From: Microcystaceae cyanobacterium
Lineage (GTDB): Bacteria > Cyanobacteriota > Cyanobacteriia > Cyanobacteriales > Microcystaceae
Direction of reading: 5' to 3'
NCBI GenBank assembly: GCA_041743025.1
Contig: JBGTNM010000180.1
Location: 3,315 to 67,314, forward strand
DNA: 64,000 nucleotides
Shown here: piece after piece, positions 43,250 through 52,439 of the stretch
How the letters are laid out: every line of letters starts with the position of its first letter
Numbering within the stretch: position 1 is the first letter of the stretch
Position numbers and translations under genes: made by a program
The notes under the pieces: model-generated
Seen by the model: the letters and a program-made list of their open reading frames with translations, nothing else
The model's database searches: none
What the model was told of the DNA's origin: nothing

Positions 43250-45881
43250 TGTTGTTTTTCTCCACTAACTGACACATCCAAACCGGAACTGCCTTGGTCA
43301 ACCCGACTAACTGAACGTGAGCGTGATCGCTAGCCTTGACCGTGTAGACCTGTTCTTCATAACTCACTGTTTGCCCTGGACAGAAAACAGTAGCGGGATA
43401 GTGAAATTCTTTAGCCATCGGGTTGCCCTCCTTCAGTTTGTTAAGCTGGTTTATTAAGTTCTGTTGCGATTCGGGGTCTAATGTAACGAATCTTGTCGCA
43501 ATGACATTGATGAAATTCGCGGGGTTTTCCTGATGTGGTGAAACTGCTTCAACTGCTTCAACCTGACTCAGGGAACGGTCTGTAGCTTCAACCTGATCGC
43601 CAATTTTTGACCCATTGGTTGAAGCTATAACCCGCATTGTGCTGTCAGTTGAAGCAGTTGAAGCAGTTAGAGAACATCCACTCAGGTAGAATTGACCGAC
43701 ACGATCATCCTTGTCTGTATGCCGCTCCTTCTTAACATTTGGAAACAAAACACCAAACCTTTTGTAAAGTTGATTGGCTCCTTTACATAGTTGATCCTTT
43801 TTATTCGGTAACTCGTGCCAAATAGGTTTAGTTTTCCCTTTGTCACTGGTTTCCTCCTCTAAAATGCCGTTGGTTAAATACCATTCTCTTAGCTGCTCCC
43901 AAAGATCGCCAATGTAAACCCGTTCACCAGGGGCCTCCACTAAGCCAACCTCACGGCAAAATGTCCAAAGATGGTTAGAGTCCTCTAATAGCTCTTTGTA
44001 ATTGGATTCGATGGAGTCGTAGTTAATGCCGTCTGTAACGAGCCAGACAAGCTCAATCAAGATTTTGTTAAGCAAGGCCGGACAAACCGATCGCGCTAGA
44101 AAGTCGGGGTCATAACGGAAACGGGAATCAGCCTCTAGTTCTCCCTTAGAAGGGTCAGCATTACGTTTATAGGTTTTCTTGAATTTCAAAATCCCGTAAC
44201 GGCTCCTCAATGCCTCCAGTCCACCTTGGAGTGAGGGAAAGTCATTGCAGTTAAACAGAAAGACAGCAACCGGATAGATGGGGAACTCAGATTGATTTTT
44301 GAGTTCAATATCAATAGAATCCCCTGTAATCGCCGCTTTCAAAGCTTGAAGATTATCTAAGTTAGCTAAATTGGTGTTTTCCGAAGACCAGCTAAGCTTC
44401 GCTCCCTTTAGCTTAGCTAAAGGAAATTTTCTCCCCTGATCGTACTGTTGGCAGTCGGCAACGGTGACACCAGTTAGGGCATCGCCAAACAGAATATGAG
44501 CAGCCTCTCGTAAACTATCTTTGCCATTATTCCCAAACCCTTGAAGAAGTAATGCCCGAACTTCTCTACCTCTAACCCTTCTGACACCTTCGAGGTCGAG
44601 CGCAGCGGCCAAGGTTCTCAGGAATATGGTTTGCTCCTTTGGTTCTAGGCAAGCAAGCAAGCGATCGCAGTCTTTCGGCTCGGCCTTGGGGTCATAAGCT
44701 AAATTGGAGCAGTAAGTATAAATGTTCTCTGGATTGTGGGGAATTAGGGTATGGCTAACCTTTTCCCCATTCCAGGTAATTCTCAAAGTGCCATTAAGAA
44801 GGTTAAGCCCAGGTGGATTAGTATCTTCTGGATCTACCGCAAAGCGAAATAACAACCAACTGTAGATGTTGTTAACGGCGGTCGGGTTAGCGTGTGAGAA
44901 TTTCCACTGACCGACGCGGGTTTCAACAGGATTTTTAAGACACCATTCAACGATGCGCTTTTGCTCCTTAGCTTTTGAGCATTTCTCGTAATACCTGCCA
45001 TTAAAGCGATACAGGCAATCGTCAATAGCTGCATAGTGATCCTTGGCATAAAGAGCAGCGATCGCCTTCTCTGTGTAGTGAAGATCAACATCGATGTTAT
45101 TTTCTGGTTTTTCATCGTGTGTTAGTAACTCTGTTCTACATGGCTCGATACTTGCCAAGATTGAATCTTGAGTTAGCTTTCGATCCTCAGTCCAATCGGC
45201 AATGTCATATCCTCCACTGGGAGCAATCTTGTCAGCTTCCCAAAACTTGGAGGTCGGGTCAGCATAGAGCCATTGGGCATCAGGGAAATGTTTGTAAATT
45301 TGAGCCATTAATTTTAATCCTGGCTTGTCACGGTCGGGGCAAAGGACTAAATTAGCTCCTTTCAAGTCTCCAATCAGCGAGGGGTTCCATCCGTTCGAGC
45401 CGACAATATTAGTGGTGGCAATGAAACCTAGCTTAGACAGCGCGTCTACACACTTTTCTCCCTCAACGTAGAAAATCATTTCACCGTTAGCGATCGCCTT
45501 CCTCACGGCTTGGTAGTTGTAAATCGGAATATCTTCTCTTTGTACTGAGCCATAGCCACTTACCCAGCGTTTCCCCGTCCAAGAATACTGTCGAATGAAC
45601 TTAGAGCCATTCGAGTAGTTACGCCGCGAAACTCTAATTAACGGCTTATTTTGCCTATCTTTGTAAATCCAGTCCTGAGTATTAACTAATTCTCGCTTTT
45701 CTTGCGGTTTTTGCTCAGCTAGGAAAGGTTTCCCGCTCTTGTCAATCGCTTTAGTTGCTACCCAACCATCGGCTACGTTATCGCGGTTGCAGACTTCCAA
45801 GTCGTTTGATAATCGGTAGCACCAATCGGGTTTACCACAATGGCGACATGGATCGTCTTTGGTTACTTCTTTGATTTCCAT
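43236..45881 (-). CDS. Replication protein: zinc-finger + Toprim primase fused to a P4/D5-type SF3 helicase
   Basis: 881 aa. CRHCGKPDWC...C zinc motif. Toprim (FYVEGEKCVDAL...VLCPDRDKPG). Walker A of P4-family primase/helicases (LLQGFGNNGKDS). Walker B-like KLSWSSE. Confidence 0.8.
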   Translation of the reverse strand: MEIKEVTKDDPCRHCGKPDWCYRLSNDLEVCNRDNVADGWVATKAIDKSGKPFLAEQKPQEKRELVNTQDWIYKDRQNKPLIRVSRRNYSNGSKFIRQYSWTGKRWVSGYGSVQREDIPIYNYQAVRKAIANGEMIFYVEGEKCVDALSKLGFIATTNIVGSNGWNPSLIGDLKGANLVLCPDRDKPGLKLMAQIYKHFPDAQWLYADPTSKFWEADKIAPSGGYDIADWTEDRKLTQDSILASIEPCRTELLTHDEKPENNIDVDLHYTEKAIAALYAKDHYAAIDDCLYRFNGRYYEKCSKAKEQKRIVEWCLKNPVETRVGQWKFSHANPTAVNNIYSWLLFRFAVDPEDTNPPGLNLLNGTLRITWNGEKVSHTLIPHNPENIYTYCSNLAYDPKAEPKDCDRLLACLEPKEQTIFLRTLAAALDLEGVRRVRGREVRALLLQGFGNNGKDSLREAAHILFGDALTGVTVADCQQYDQGRKFPLAKLKGAKLSWSSENTNLANLDNLQALKAAITGDSIDIELKNQSEFPIYPVAVFLFNCNDFPSLQGGLEALRSRYGILKFKKTYKRNADPSKGELEADSRFRYDPDFLARSVCPALLNKILIELVWLVTDGINYDSIESNYKELLEDSNHLWTFCREVGLVEAPGERVYIGDLWEQLREWYLTNGILEEETSDKGKTKPIWHELPNKKDQLCKGANQLYKRFGVLFPNVKKERHTDKDDRVGQFYLSGCSLTASTASTDSTMRVIASTNGSKIGDQVEATDRSLSQVEAVEAVSPHQENPANFINVIATRFVTLDPESQQNLINQLNKLKEGNPMAKEFHYPATVFCPGQTVSYEEQVYTVKASDHAHVQLVGLTKAVPVWMCQLVEKNNNASN

Positions 45882-46041
45882 TAATTTAAAAAGGGATAAG
45901 AAAGAAAAGGGGTATTAAAACCCCTTGCTGTCGTAGGAGAAAAGGGAAAACTGGTTAAAACTCATTTTCTACAAATTGCCCCAATCAGATAATAGTTAGT
46001 AGGCATGATTTACTCCTTTTCAAAGTAGGTTAAAAACATCA

Positions 46042-46227
46042 TTAAAATACTACACGTACTGCCTTGCGACGAACATGAACTAGCTTTTTCTTGAGCAACA
46101 CTTTCTGTTCTTCCGAGAGTTCACAAGTGCTACCCGTGCCGAACTCTTGAAGCACATATTCGCACAATTCCATCGGCCCCCAACCTAGGGATTTAGCTAA
46201 TAAAACGATTTCCTCAAATATTGACAT
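46042..46227 (-). CDS. Small hypothetical protein (element)
   Basis: 61 aa ORF, co-oriented with the replication operon. Confidence 0.4.
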   Translation of the reverse strand: MSIFEEIVLLAKSLGWGPMELCEYVLQEFGTGSTCELSEEQKVLLKKKLVHVRRKAVRVVF

Positions 46228-46270
46228 GATTGATTCTCCGTAGTAAGTAAGAGAGTAGGATAGTGATGAT

Positions 46271-46516
46271 TTATAAACACCAAGTAATAGATCCTAACTT
46301 GTCCCTGACTCGCCTTAGATCTGCAATAGATTCAGCCATCTTTTCGCCTTCACCTTGAAGGAATAAGGTAGAATCTTGTTTCTCAGACTTCGCTAGGTTT
46401 TCGTCAAAAGTCTTGTGGCTATCCTCAAGTAAATTGATTGTTTGGTTGAGGTATATTTTCATGTGTTTGATATTTTTGGCGTATTGCTTATATCGCAAAT
46501 TGCTTGATGTTGTCAT
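46271..46516 (-). CDS. Small hypothetical protein, first gene of the leftward operon
   Basis: 81 aa. Divergent from the HTH gene at 46760. Confidence 0.45.
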   Translation of the reverse strand: MTTSSNLRYKQYAKNIKHMKIYLNQTINLLEDSHKTFDENLAKSEKQDSTLFLQGEGEKMAESIADLRRVRDKLGSITWCL

Positions 46517-46734
46517 AATTGTTATTCGTCAAGAAAAGTAGGAGAGAAAATAATCTCTCCTATCTAAGGAGCTTCATCTTTGGAGAGTAAAAATTAGCAA
46601 TTGGCAATAAGCAACCTCCTTGGTACTTCTGTACCGATATTTAGACAATGGCAAAAGGACACATAATTTAGATAAGAGAGGGCAAGGACAGCACCCTGAC
46701 AGGACAGCCTTGCCTGCTCTCTTTTGTCTTTCCA

Positions 46735-46752
46735 CGTAATCAAATGATTACG
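46735..46752. promoter_or_regulatory. Perfect 18 bp palindrome CGTAATCA-AA-TGATTACG (operator candidate)
   Basis: 8+8 inverted repeat with a 2 nt spacer, ending 8 nt upstream of the ATG at 46760, inside the divergent intergenic region. Confidence 0.5.
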
Positions 46753-46759
46753 CTACATT

Positions 46760-47038
46760 ATGAGTACCAATAATCAATGCGGTTTGTCAAGTGATAAACA
46801 AGAAAAATCTATGCTTCAACAACTTTTAGATCAATGGGAGTTAGACTACAACAGGTTTTCAGATGTTTTAGGAATTGATCGTCAAAGCTTGTGGCAGTAC
46901 CGCACTGGTAAACGCGAATTTCGCCTATCAATGGAGCAGATCCAGCGCCTCGAAAAGCTTCTCAAGCAAGTAGACAAAACCTTCTCTGACTTACCTTCCG
47001 ACTGGTATAGAGACAGAGAAGTAAAAAATCCCCAATAA
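46760..47038 (+). CDS. HTH DNA-binding protein (Cro/CI-like regulator candidate)
   Basis: 92 aa. FSDVLGIDRQSLWQYRTGKREF resembles an XRE-type helix-turn-helix. Confidence 0.55.
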   Translation: MSTNNQCGLSSDKQEKSMLQQLLDQWELDYNRFSDVLGIDRQSLWQYRTGKREFRLSMEQIQRLEKLLKQVDKTFSDLPSDWYRDREVKNPQ

Positions 47039-47085
47039 AAAATAGTCCCTACCGACTGGGGACTACTCATTGCACTTGGCTGTTC

Positions 47086-47649
47086 TTAGGTTGCCCGTTT
47101 CTTTCGGGGTTGTTTAAAGCGGTCAAACATCTTGCCTAGTAACAGCCTCATGTGATGGAGGTAAGCCGAGGTGAAAAACCAACTAATGACCCCAATTTTG
47201 AGTTGAGTCTTTGTCAGTTCAGGGTCAATGTCATAAAAAGAACTGCCAGGGGAAAACTCCACAATCATGAAAAGCCCGACAACAAGCCCTATTATCGTCA
47301 CTTGCCAAGACCAGATCCCCTCACCCAGGCTGAACCAGTTTGGCAGCCAAACCGGAAACCTGGGATTGCGATCGCTCCAGAGAAATTGATAAACGTGAGA
47401 AAACAAAAAAATAGGTAGAATGACTCCAAAAATAATCAGCCAGCCTAACGCAACCCAGACTAAATACTCGTAATCTTCAGCAAAGACGATATTTAATGCT
47501 CTCAGGCTAATCCTTCCTGTAATTCTGAGTAAAAAAATCACAAAAGACAGAGAGAAAGATAAAATTAGCGTTTTCAGCCAACAACTCGGATAAGGAAACC
47601 AAACCGGATATTTCATCGTTGAAACTTCTCTGTAGCCAATAATGAGCAA
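47086..47649 (-). CDS. Polytopic membrane protein (element)
   Basis: 187 aa with about 5 hydrophobic helices. Confidence 0.55.
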   Translation of the reverse strand: MLIIGYREVSTMKYPVWFPYPSCWLKTLILSFSLSFVIFLLRITGRISLRALNIVFAEDYEYLVWVALGWLIIFGVILPIFLFSHVYQFLWSDRNPRFPVWLPNWFSLGEGIWSWQVTIIGLVVGLFMIVEFSPGSSFYDIDPELTKTQLKIGVISWFFTSAYLHHMRLLLGKMFDRFKQPRKKRAT

Positions 47650-47693
47650 CGTACTCTCTTAGCGTTCCCCATATAGTGCATAGATAGTAAATC

Positions 47694-47909
47694 TCAAACC
47701 ACGCGGTAACGATTGCCAAACTCAGTATGTTCAACAGCGATCGCCCTATCGTGTACCAAGTCACCCAAAGTAATCAGCGTCAAGGTTTTATTGATGCCTG
47801 TCACTTGCGATATCTCACTGGCACTTAGCAGCGATCGCTTTTTCAATAAATCAATTATTTGCTTTTCCAACCTATTAAAAGCCATATTATGTCTCTCTAT
47901 TCTTTTCAC
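47694..47909 (-). CDS. Small winged-helix-like DNA-binding protein (element)
   Basis: 71 aa. LSASEISQVTGINKTLTLITLGDLVHDRAI resembles a MarR/wHTH recognition region. Confidence 0.45.
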   Translation of the reverse strand: MKRIERHNMAFNRLEKQIIDLLKKRSLLSASEISQVTGINKTLTLITLGDLVHDRAIAVEHTEFGNRYRVV

Positions 47910-47933
47910 GTAAATATAATTTTGAACATCTAT

Positions 47934-48311
47934 TTAATCTTCTCTTTTTCTCACATCAATAGGAGTAAAAGTGTCAAACTCGCCTTTACTGCTTATTCTA
48001 ATTAAATAATTTTTAATATGCTGTAACTCAGCACCATTATTCCCTAAAAGTTTTCTTATTTCTTTAATAGTATAAAGATAATTGCTTTCTTGTTCTTCTA
48101 AGACTTTTTCTAGAGATAATATTCTGTTTTCTTTTTCAATAATTTTATTGTCAGTAAGCAGTTGGTTTGTTCTCACGTTATTTTTAAAATCGCTGGCCCG
48201 CCACGTCCAAACGATAACAGCGAAAAAGCTTGCTATAACAGCATTCAAAACTAAAAATAGCATTCCTAATAATGCTGAAATTGTATTTATATCAATTGTA
48301 GTGTTATTCAT
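47934..48311 (-). CDS. AT-rich membrane-anchored coiled-coil protein (moron candidate)
   Basis: 125 aa. N-terminal TM (ALLGMLFLVLNAVIASFFAVIVWTW). Visibly lower GC than neighbouring genes. Confidence 0.5.
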   Translation of the reverse strand: MNNTTIDINTISALLGMLFLVLNAVIASFFAVIVWTWRASDFKNNVRTNQLLTDNKIIEKENRILSLEKVLEEQESNYLYTIKEIRKLLGNNGAELQHIKNYLIRISSKGEFDTFTPIDVRKRED

Positions 48312-48343
48312 ATAATTGAATTTTAGTTGTTATTTTAGGTATA

Positions 48344-48550
48344 CTAAACAATTGACATTTCATTAGGATTTATTAAATTAAGTGAAATTCTAATTTTGAA
48401 AATGCGATTAGATGCGATTTCAGGATGCTCTAAAATCTTATTAATGAATTTATCGGCTTCCTCCTCACTTACAAAAGCCTCTAAAAGATTATCGGAGCTA
48501 CATCCGTTGCTTCTTTTAATAACAACTGTAATGGGTATTCGATGATTCAT
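48344..48550 (-). CDS. AT-rich small hypothetical protein (moron candidate)
   Basis: 68 aa. Its start abuts the stop of the upstream gene (48553). Confidence 0.4.
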   Translation of the reverse strand: MNHRIPITVVIKRSNGCSSDNLLEAFVSEEEADKFINKILEHPEIASNRIFKIRISLNLINPNEMSIV

Positions 48551-48552
48551 GA

Positions 48553-48909
48553 TTAGCTAGTTGGCGCGGTTATCTCGCCGCCTTGGACAGGCATTACAGC
48601 CGTTACGCTCAAAGTTGCCTGAGTGGTGATCGTTCCGTCCTCATTCTCGGTTACAGAATCGAAGCTAATTTCATCGGGGAAGGATTGAATTAATCCTGTT
48701 GTTTTGCCAGCATTGTAAACTATTTGCGCTTTCCGACCAATGTCTAATAGTTTGAATGCAACTTCTGTCACCTTTTCATCTGTTAGTTCATCTACAATTT
48801 CTCCGATTAGATTAGTTGCATCTATCAAAACTTTACCGCTTACAACTTTAAAAGTATCGGCAGGTACGCCGGCCACGGCTTGTAATTTTTGGAATGTTAG
48901 ATCTGCCAT
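48553..48909 (-). CDS. Small structural-module protein, paralogue A
   Basis: 118 aa. MADLTFQKL...LTDEKVTEVAFKLLDIGRKAQ shares its layout with 50152-50505 (MADKIDLTFSEL...LTDEGVIELLYKIRVACGKAQ). Confidence 0.6.
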   Translation of the reverse strand: MADLTFQKLQAVAGVPADTFKVVSGKVLIDATNLIGEIVDELTDEKVTEVAFKLLDIGRKAQIVYNAGKTTGLIQSFPDEISFDSVTENEDGTITTQATLSVTAVMPVQGGEITAPTS

Positions 48910-49244
48910 TGTTCTAGTTTAACCGTCCACATAATATTAGTTTGCTCAAATTGCTGTTGGCCTTGTATTCCTATCCTAATCTGATTTCCTAATAATGATG
49001 GGATAGAATAATCAAGCTCAAAAATAGTGTAATCTTCAAGGTCAATTAGTAACTTTTGTAACCTATACTTTTCAACCTTTCCAGGTAAAATAAATTGAGC
49101 TTGACAAAAATACCCATAATAAAAAGGCGCGGGAGCGGATAGAACTTGTGAAATTCTAATCAAAGGAGAAGAAATAGGGATGGTGTAAAGCCAATGTTTA
49201 CGAGTGACTAGAATTGCTAGGTCAATCCATGCCATAGCAATCAT
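48897..49244 (-). CDS. Hypothetical protein (element)
   Basis: 115 aa. Overlaps its neighbours by 13 and 23 nt, consistent with operon coupling. Confidence 0.5.
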   Translation of the reverse strand: MIAMAWIDLAILVTRKHWLYTIPISSPLIRISQVLSAPAPFYYGYFCQAQFILPGKVEKYRLQKLLIDLEDYTIFELDYSIPSLLGNQIRIGIQGQQQFEQTNIMWTVKLEQWQI

Positions 49245-49461
49245 CCATCCCTTCAGAGCCTACTACCTCTTCATACTCACCGCCTTCTAAATAATCCTCT
49301 AATTCGCTTTCCGACACCGGCCTTAATAACCCTGAGTCAGCATCACAAACAAAGCTGATCCAATTTTCTTTACGAGCGATTGCCCGCCAATCGGGTCTTT
49401 TTAGTTGAGCCAAGGTTAAATTAAAATCCGGATCGTTTGGCAAAATTATCAAATTATTCAT
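49222..49461 (-). CDS. Small acidic hypothetical protein (element)
   Basis: 79 aa. Confidence 0.45.
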   Translation of the reverse strand: MNNLIILPNDPDFNLTLAQLKRPDWRAIARKENWISFVCDADSGLLRPVSESELEDYLEGGEYEEVVGSEGMDDCYGMD

Positions 49462-49471
49462 GAGTTTTTTT

Positions 49472-50122
49472 TTAAACTAATAAACCGACCTTGTTTTTGG
49501 AAGTTGAGAAGCCACCTCCAACAGCGCGATCAATGCTTGTTTGTCGTGGCTCAATAAACGAGGAAACGCTTGATCCATCCGGCAACCGCTTAATTGCTCT
49601 AGGAGGCTTCCGGTTCGCACCCCACACAAGATTATCGGCATCCCCGCCCGTGGCCGCGGTAATTCCCAAAAGTACCCCGTATTCGGCAAACTCGGCTCGG
49701 CTCATACTCCATGCGTATTTAAAAGCTCCGCCTCCGACTAAGGGAACTTCAACATAGACTGCTACCGATTTAGCACTTTGTCCAATACCGCGTATGGACG
49801 ATCCGGTAGTGATTTGCCATCCTGCTAAAACTGCTGCCTTTATGACTGCTGGGGCATCCGAAATGAAACTCGAAACCGATCCAGGAGTGTTTTGACTTGA
49901 GGCCTCGGCATTACCAGCCGTTTGCTGAGATAAGTCTAAAGTTGCTCGCCTTGGCTTTGGGCTATTGATGCCGTAGATCGCCCCTAACGTTCCATCATCC
50001 GGCTCTAAACCTAAAAGATTTTGATAACTCTCAGGTAGATTGCTGAGAAATCCATAGTCTAGGATTACGGGTTGAGTCATGGAAACGATCAATCCTTTCC
50101 GTCTACCGCGTCTTCTTGCCAT
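49472..50122 (-). CDS. Hypothetical protein with arginine-rich N-terminus (capsid-protein candidate)
   Basis: 216 aa. MARRRGRRKG, then a Gly/Ser/Ala-rich body predicted to be beta-rich. Confidence 0.6.
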   Translation of the reverse strand: MARRRGRRKGLIVSMTQPVILDYGFLSNLPESYQNLLGLEPDDGTLGAIYGINSPKPRRATLDLSQQTAGNAEASSQNTPGSVSSFISDAPAVIKAAVLAGWQITTGSSIRGIGQSAKSVAVYVEVPLVGGGAFKYAWSMSRAEFAEYGVLLGITAATGGDADNLVWGANRKPPRAIKRLPDGSSVSSFIEPRQTSIDRAVGGGFSTSKNKVGLLV

Positions 50123-50151
50123 AATTAACCTCTTTTTGTAAATTCAAAATA

Positions 50152-50505
50152 TTAATTGGTTCCTTTAACCGTTGAATCGGATAAGGGAATCCGAACCGTT
50201 TGAACTTGATTAACAATCACATTACCCGCAGCATTAGGGGCATTGTAGACAAACGGGAGAAAAGTTGTTAAAGGCGCGTCACCTGGATCTAAATCTGCGT
50301 TAACGGTTGTTTGAGCTTTTCCACAAGCTACGCGAATTTTGTAAAGTAATTCGATTACGCCTTCGTCTGTGAGAGCGGCGTAGGTATCCCCCGTAATAGC
50401 TTTGGTACTGATTTTTATGTCATCGTTGGGATCATCGTAGGTAATTGAACCGGCCGGTAATTCTGCAAGTAGTTCAGAAAAAGTCAAGTCAATTTTATCT
50501 GCCAT
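50152..50505 (-). CDS. Small structural-module protein, paralogue B
   Basis: The track ORF starts at TTG 50520. ATG at 50505 gives MADKIDLTF, matching the paralogue start, with AAGGA 7 nt upstream. Confidence 0.6.
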   Translation of the reverse strand: MADKIDLTFSELLAELPAGSITYDDPNDDIKISTKAITGDTYAALTDEGVIELLYKIRVACGKAQTTVNADLDPGDAPLTTFLPFVYNAPNAAGNVIVNQVQTVRIPLSDSTVKGTN

Positions 50506-50627
50506 TAGTTTATCCTTCAAAAATGATGGTTTTCACCTCAAAACTAGCACTCCTATAAACCATTGTGCAAGCCTCATTATGCTTCTATATGCTATATAGG
50601 CTTAAACCCTTTCTTAAGACGATTAAT

Positions 50628-50843
50628 TTATGTTAATTTCTTGCCACTCGCTCTCAATAAAAAATCTCGTTCTTTCTGCAACTGAACATAACACTGTTCT
50701 ACCGATAAGCCTGTTTCCTCACTCAAACGCTGCAAAAGCGTACCTCTAGGACGGTAGTAGTAAGGCTTACCATACCTTTTTGTTGACCGATTCATGGCAC
50801 GTTTGCTGCAAGTGCATAGCTTTGGATATAGTTGAAAAATCAT
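50628..50843 (-). CDS. Small basic protein with a possible HTH (element)
   Basis: 71 aa. KRAMNRSTKRYGKPYYYRPRG, then LLQRLSEETGLSVEQCYVQLQKER. Confidence 0.45.
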   Translation of the reverse strand: MIFQLYPKLCTCSKRAMNRSTKRYGKPYYYRPRGTLLQRLSEETGLSVEQCYVQLQKERDFLLRASGKKLT

Positions 50844-50849
50844 GATTGT

Positions 50850-52439
50850 TCAGTCCCCATATAGCGTGTCTAAAGCTCCCTGAAATTGCGGTGGCTCATC
50901 ATCAACCCATAGATCTATTACTATCGGCGTTTCTTTCCATCTTCTGCCCTCAATATCAAGCCTCCCTGTTGTATCGTTAGAAATTCGCTTAACCAACAAA
51001 GTGCAACTTGAAGGATAAACCCTTGTTGGCTCTTTCTTGACAGCATTATTTCTTTCTACCTCTTCAATGACATTTATCGCTTTATAAGTAAGTGTACTAA
51101 GTTCTGCTAATTCTTTGAATTTAGCAACGGCTTCCTCAGAAGTTGCACCCCAGGCGACCATTTTTTGCCCGTCACTCATAAAGGCTTCTGCCTTAAATTT
51201 TCCCCAGTTATAAGGTTTAGCTGCTAATTTGATTTCTCGCCATTTCAAGCCTTTCTTGCAGTTTCTTACCGTAATTTCCGTTATCAGTGCTGTTTCACCA
51301 TTTGGCATCTTCCAAGGCGGTTTCTCTTTACTTCTGAAAAGGATATGAAGTTGTCGTTCCTGAGTTAACTTGGCAACCGTTTCTACTGCCTCTTGAGCGA
51401 TGATCATTCCTATATCGCGATTGTAGATTAATTGATGAGTTGCCATCGTTTGAATGATGGCAGGTTTTATTAACTCTTCTTTGCCTTTAATAACAATTAC
51501 TTCCCCTTTTCCCTCACTTGATTTAGCTTTGGGGTTATGAGCTTCCCTGTCAGGGATTATCTCGATTGCTCTTTCCTTACCGAATTGGGTTTCTCTTGAG
51601 ATCCGTTGTTGCATGACCCATGAGTCTAAACCCCCCGCCAAAACGTAGCCGGCCTCAATGCAACCCTCTCCAAACTCCTCTAGGAACTCCTCAGCGAATG
51701 CTCTAGTAACTGGGTTCTTAATACTGTCCAGTTTCTCCTCCAACTTCCCCGCAAAACTCCAAGGCTGAGATCCTTCGGTTCCCCATCCCTTAACGGCGTT
51801 GTTAAATCCATTGCCAAAAACTCTACGAACCATTTTAGATTGTTTACTAGATGAATCTTTAAAATAGCCCTTTAAGGCACGTCTAACGCTTTTAAAGCTA
51901 TTAATAATTGACCTTTGTACCAAAGCTTGAGCCGATACTTGAATCAAGGATCGGATGTTAGCCACAAACTCTTCTAGCGCCTCCTCCCCCACTTCTTTGA
52001 GTAAATACATACCCATTGCTTCATTTAAGGTAAAAATACCGGCCGCTGGGATTATCCCACAAGCTAAATAGCCCGTTAGGTTGCCTAATGTAGATCCTAG
52101 TTGAGAGGCTATCCGAACGTTAAGCCTCTCAACCATTTTGTCAAGGTTGGTATCTGTCTCATTAAAGTTGAAATTCCAAATAAATTGAATGCTATTCACC
52201 AAAATTGAAAATAAAGAGGTAAACGTAAATTGAAACCCGTATGAGATAGCTCCGAGTAAAAAACCGCCCAATTTAATAACACCACCAAACAACCCAGTTG
52301 CTACTTTTTTGATAGTTTCTATGACAAACGACTCTTTGGGTTTACCGCCTATAGTCTTAGTCAGGTTGTTCTCGCCTAAAATTCTAGACCTCATCCGTCT
52401 AGAGCGTAGGGCAGAAATAGCAATGTCAATCTTTCCCAT
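50850..52439 (-). CDS. Large ORFan with N-terminal hydrophobic region (element structural module)
   Basis: 529 aa. TM-like stretches (VATGLFGGVIKLGGFLLGAISYGF, LTGYLACGIIPAAGIF). Overlaps the upstream gene by 14 nt. Confidence 0.65.
   Translation of the reverse strand: MGKIDIAISALRSRRMRSRILGENNLTKTIGGKPKESFVIETIKKVATGLFGGVIKLGGFLLGAISYGFQFTFTSLFSILVNSIQFIWNFNFNETDTNLDKMVERLNVRIASQLGSTLGNLTGYLACGIIPAAGIFTLNEAMGMYLLKEVGEEALEEFVANIRSLIQVSAQALVQRSIINSFKSVRRALKGYFKDSSSKQSKMVRRVFGNGFNNAVKGWGTEGSQPWSFAGKLEEKLDSIKNPVTRAFAEEFLEEFGEGCIEAGYVLAGGLDSWVMQQRISRETQFGKERAIEIIPDREAHNPKAKSSEGKGEVIVIKGKEELIKPAIIQTMATHQLIYNRDIGMIIAQEAVETVAKLTQERQLHILFRSKEKPPWKMPNGETALITEITVRNCKKGLKWREIKLAAKPYNWGKFKAEAFMSDGQKMVAWGATSEEAVAKFKELAELSTLTYKAINVIEEVERNNAVKKEPTRVYPSSCTLLVKRISNDTTGRLDIEGRRWKETPIVIDLWVDDEPPQFQGALDTLYGD

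Noticed and set aside
46882-47913. Overlapping track ORFs 46882-47070(-), 47152-47418(+), 47507-47764(-) and 47713-47913(+) in the element.
   Set aside because: Each overlaps a longer or better-supported ORF (the HTH gene, the 187 aa membrane protein or the 71 aa wHTH protein). 47507-47764 would bridge two adjacent genes.
49477-49757. Track ORFs 49477-49689(-) and 49491-49757(+).
   Set aside because: They lie in alternative frames within the 216 aa arginine-rich-N-terminus gene, which fits the tightly packed operon better.
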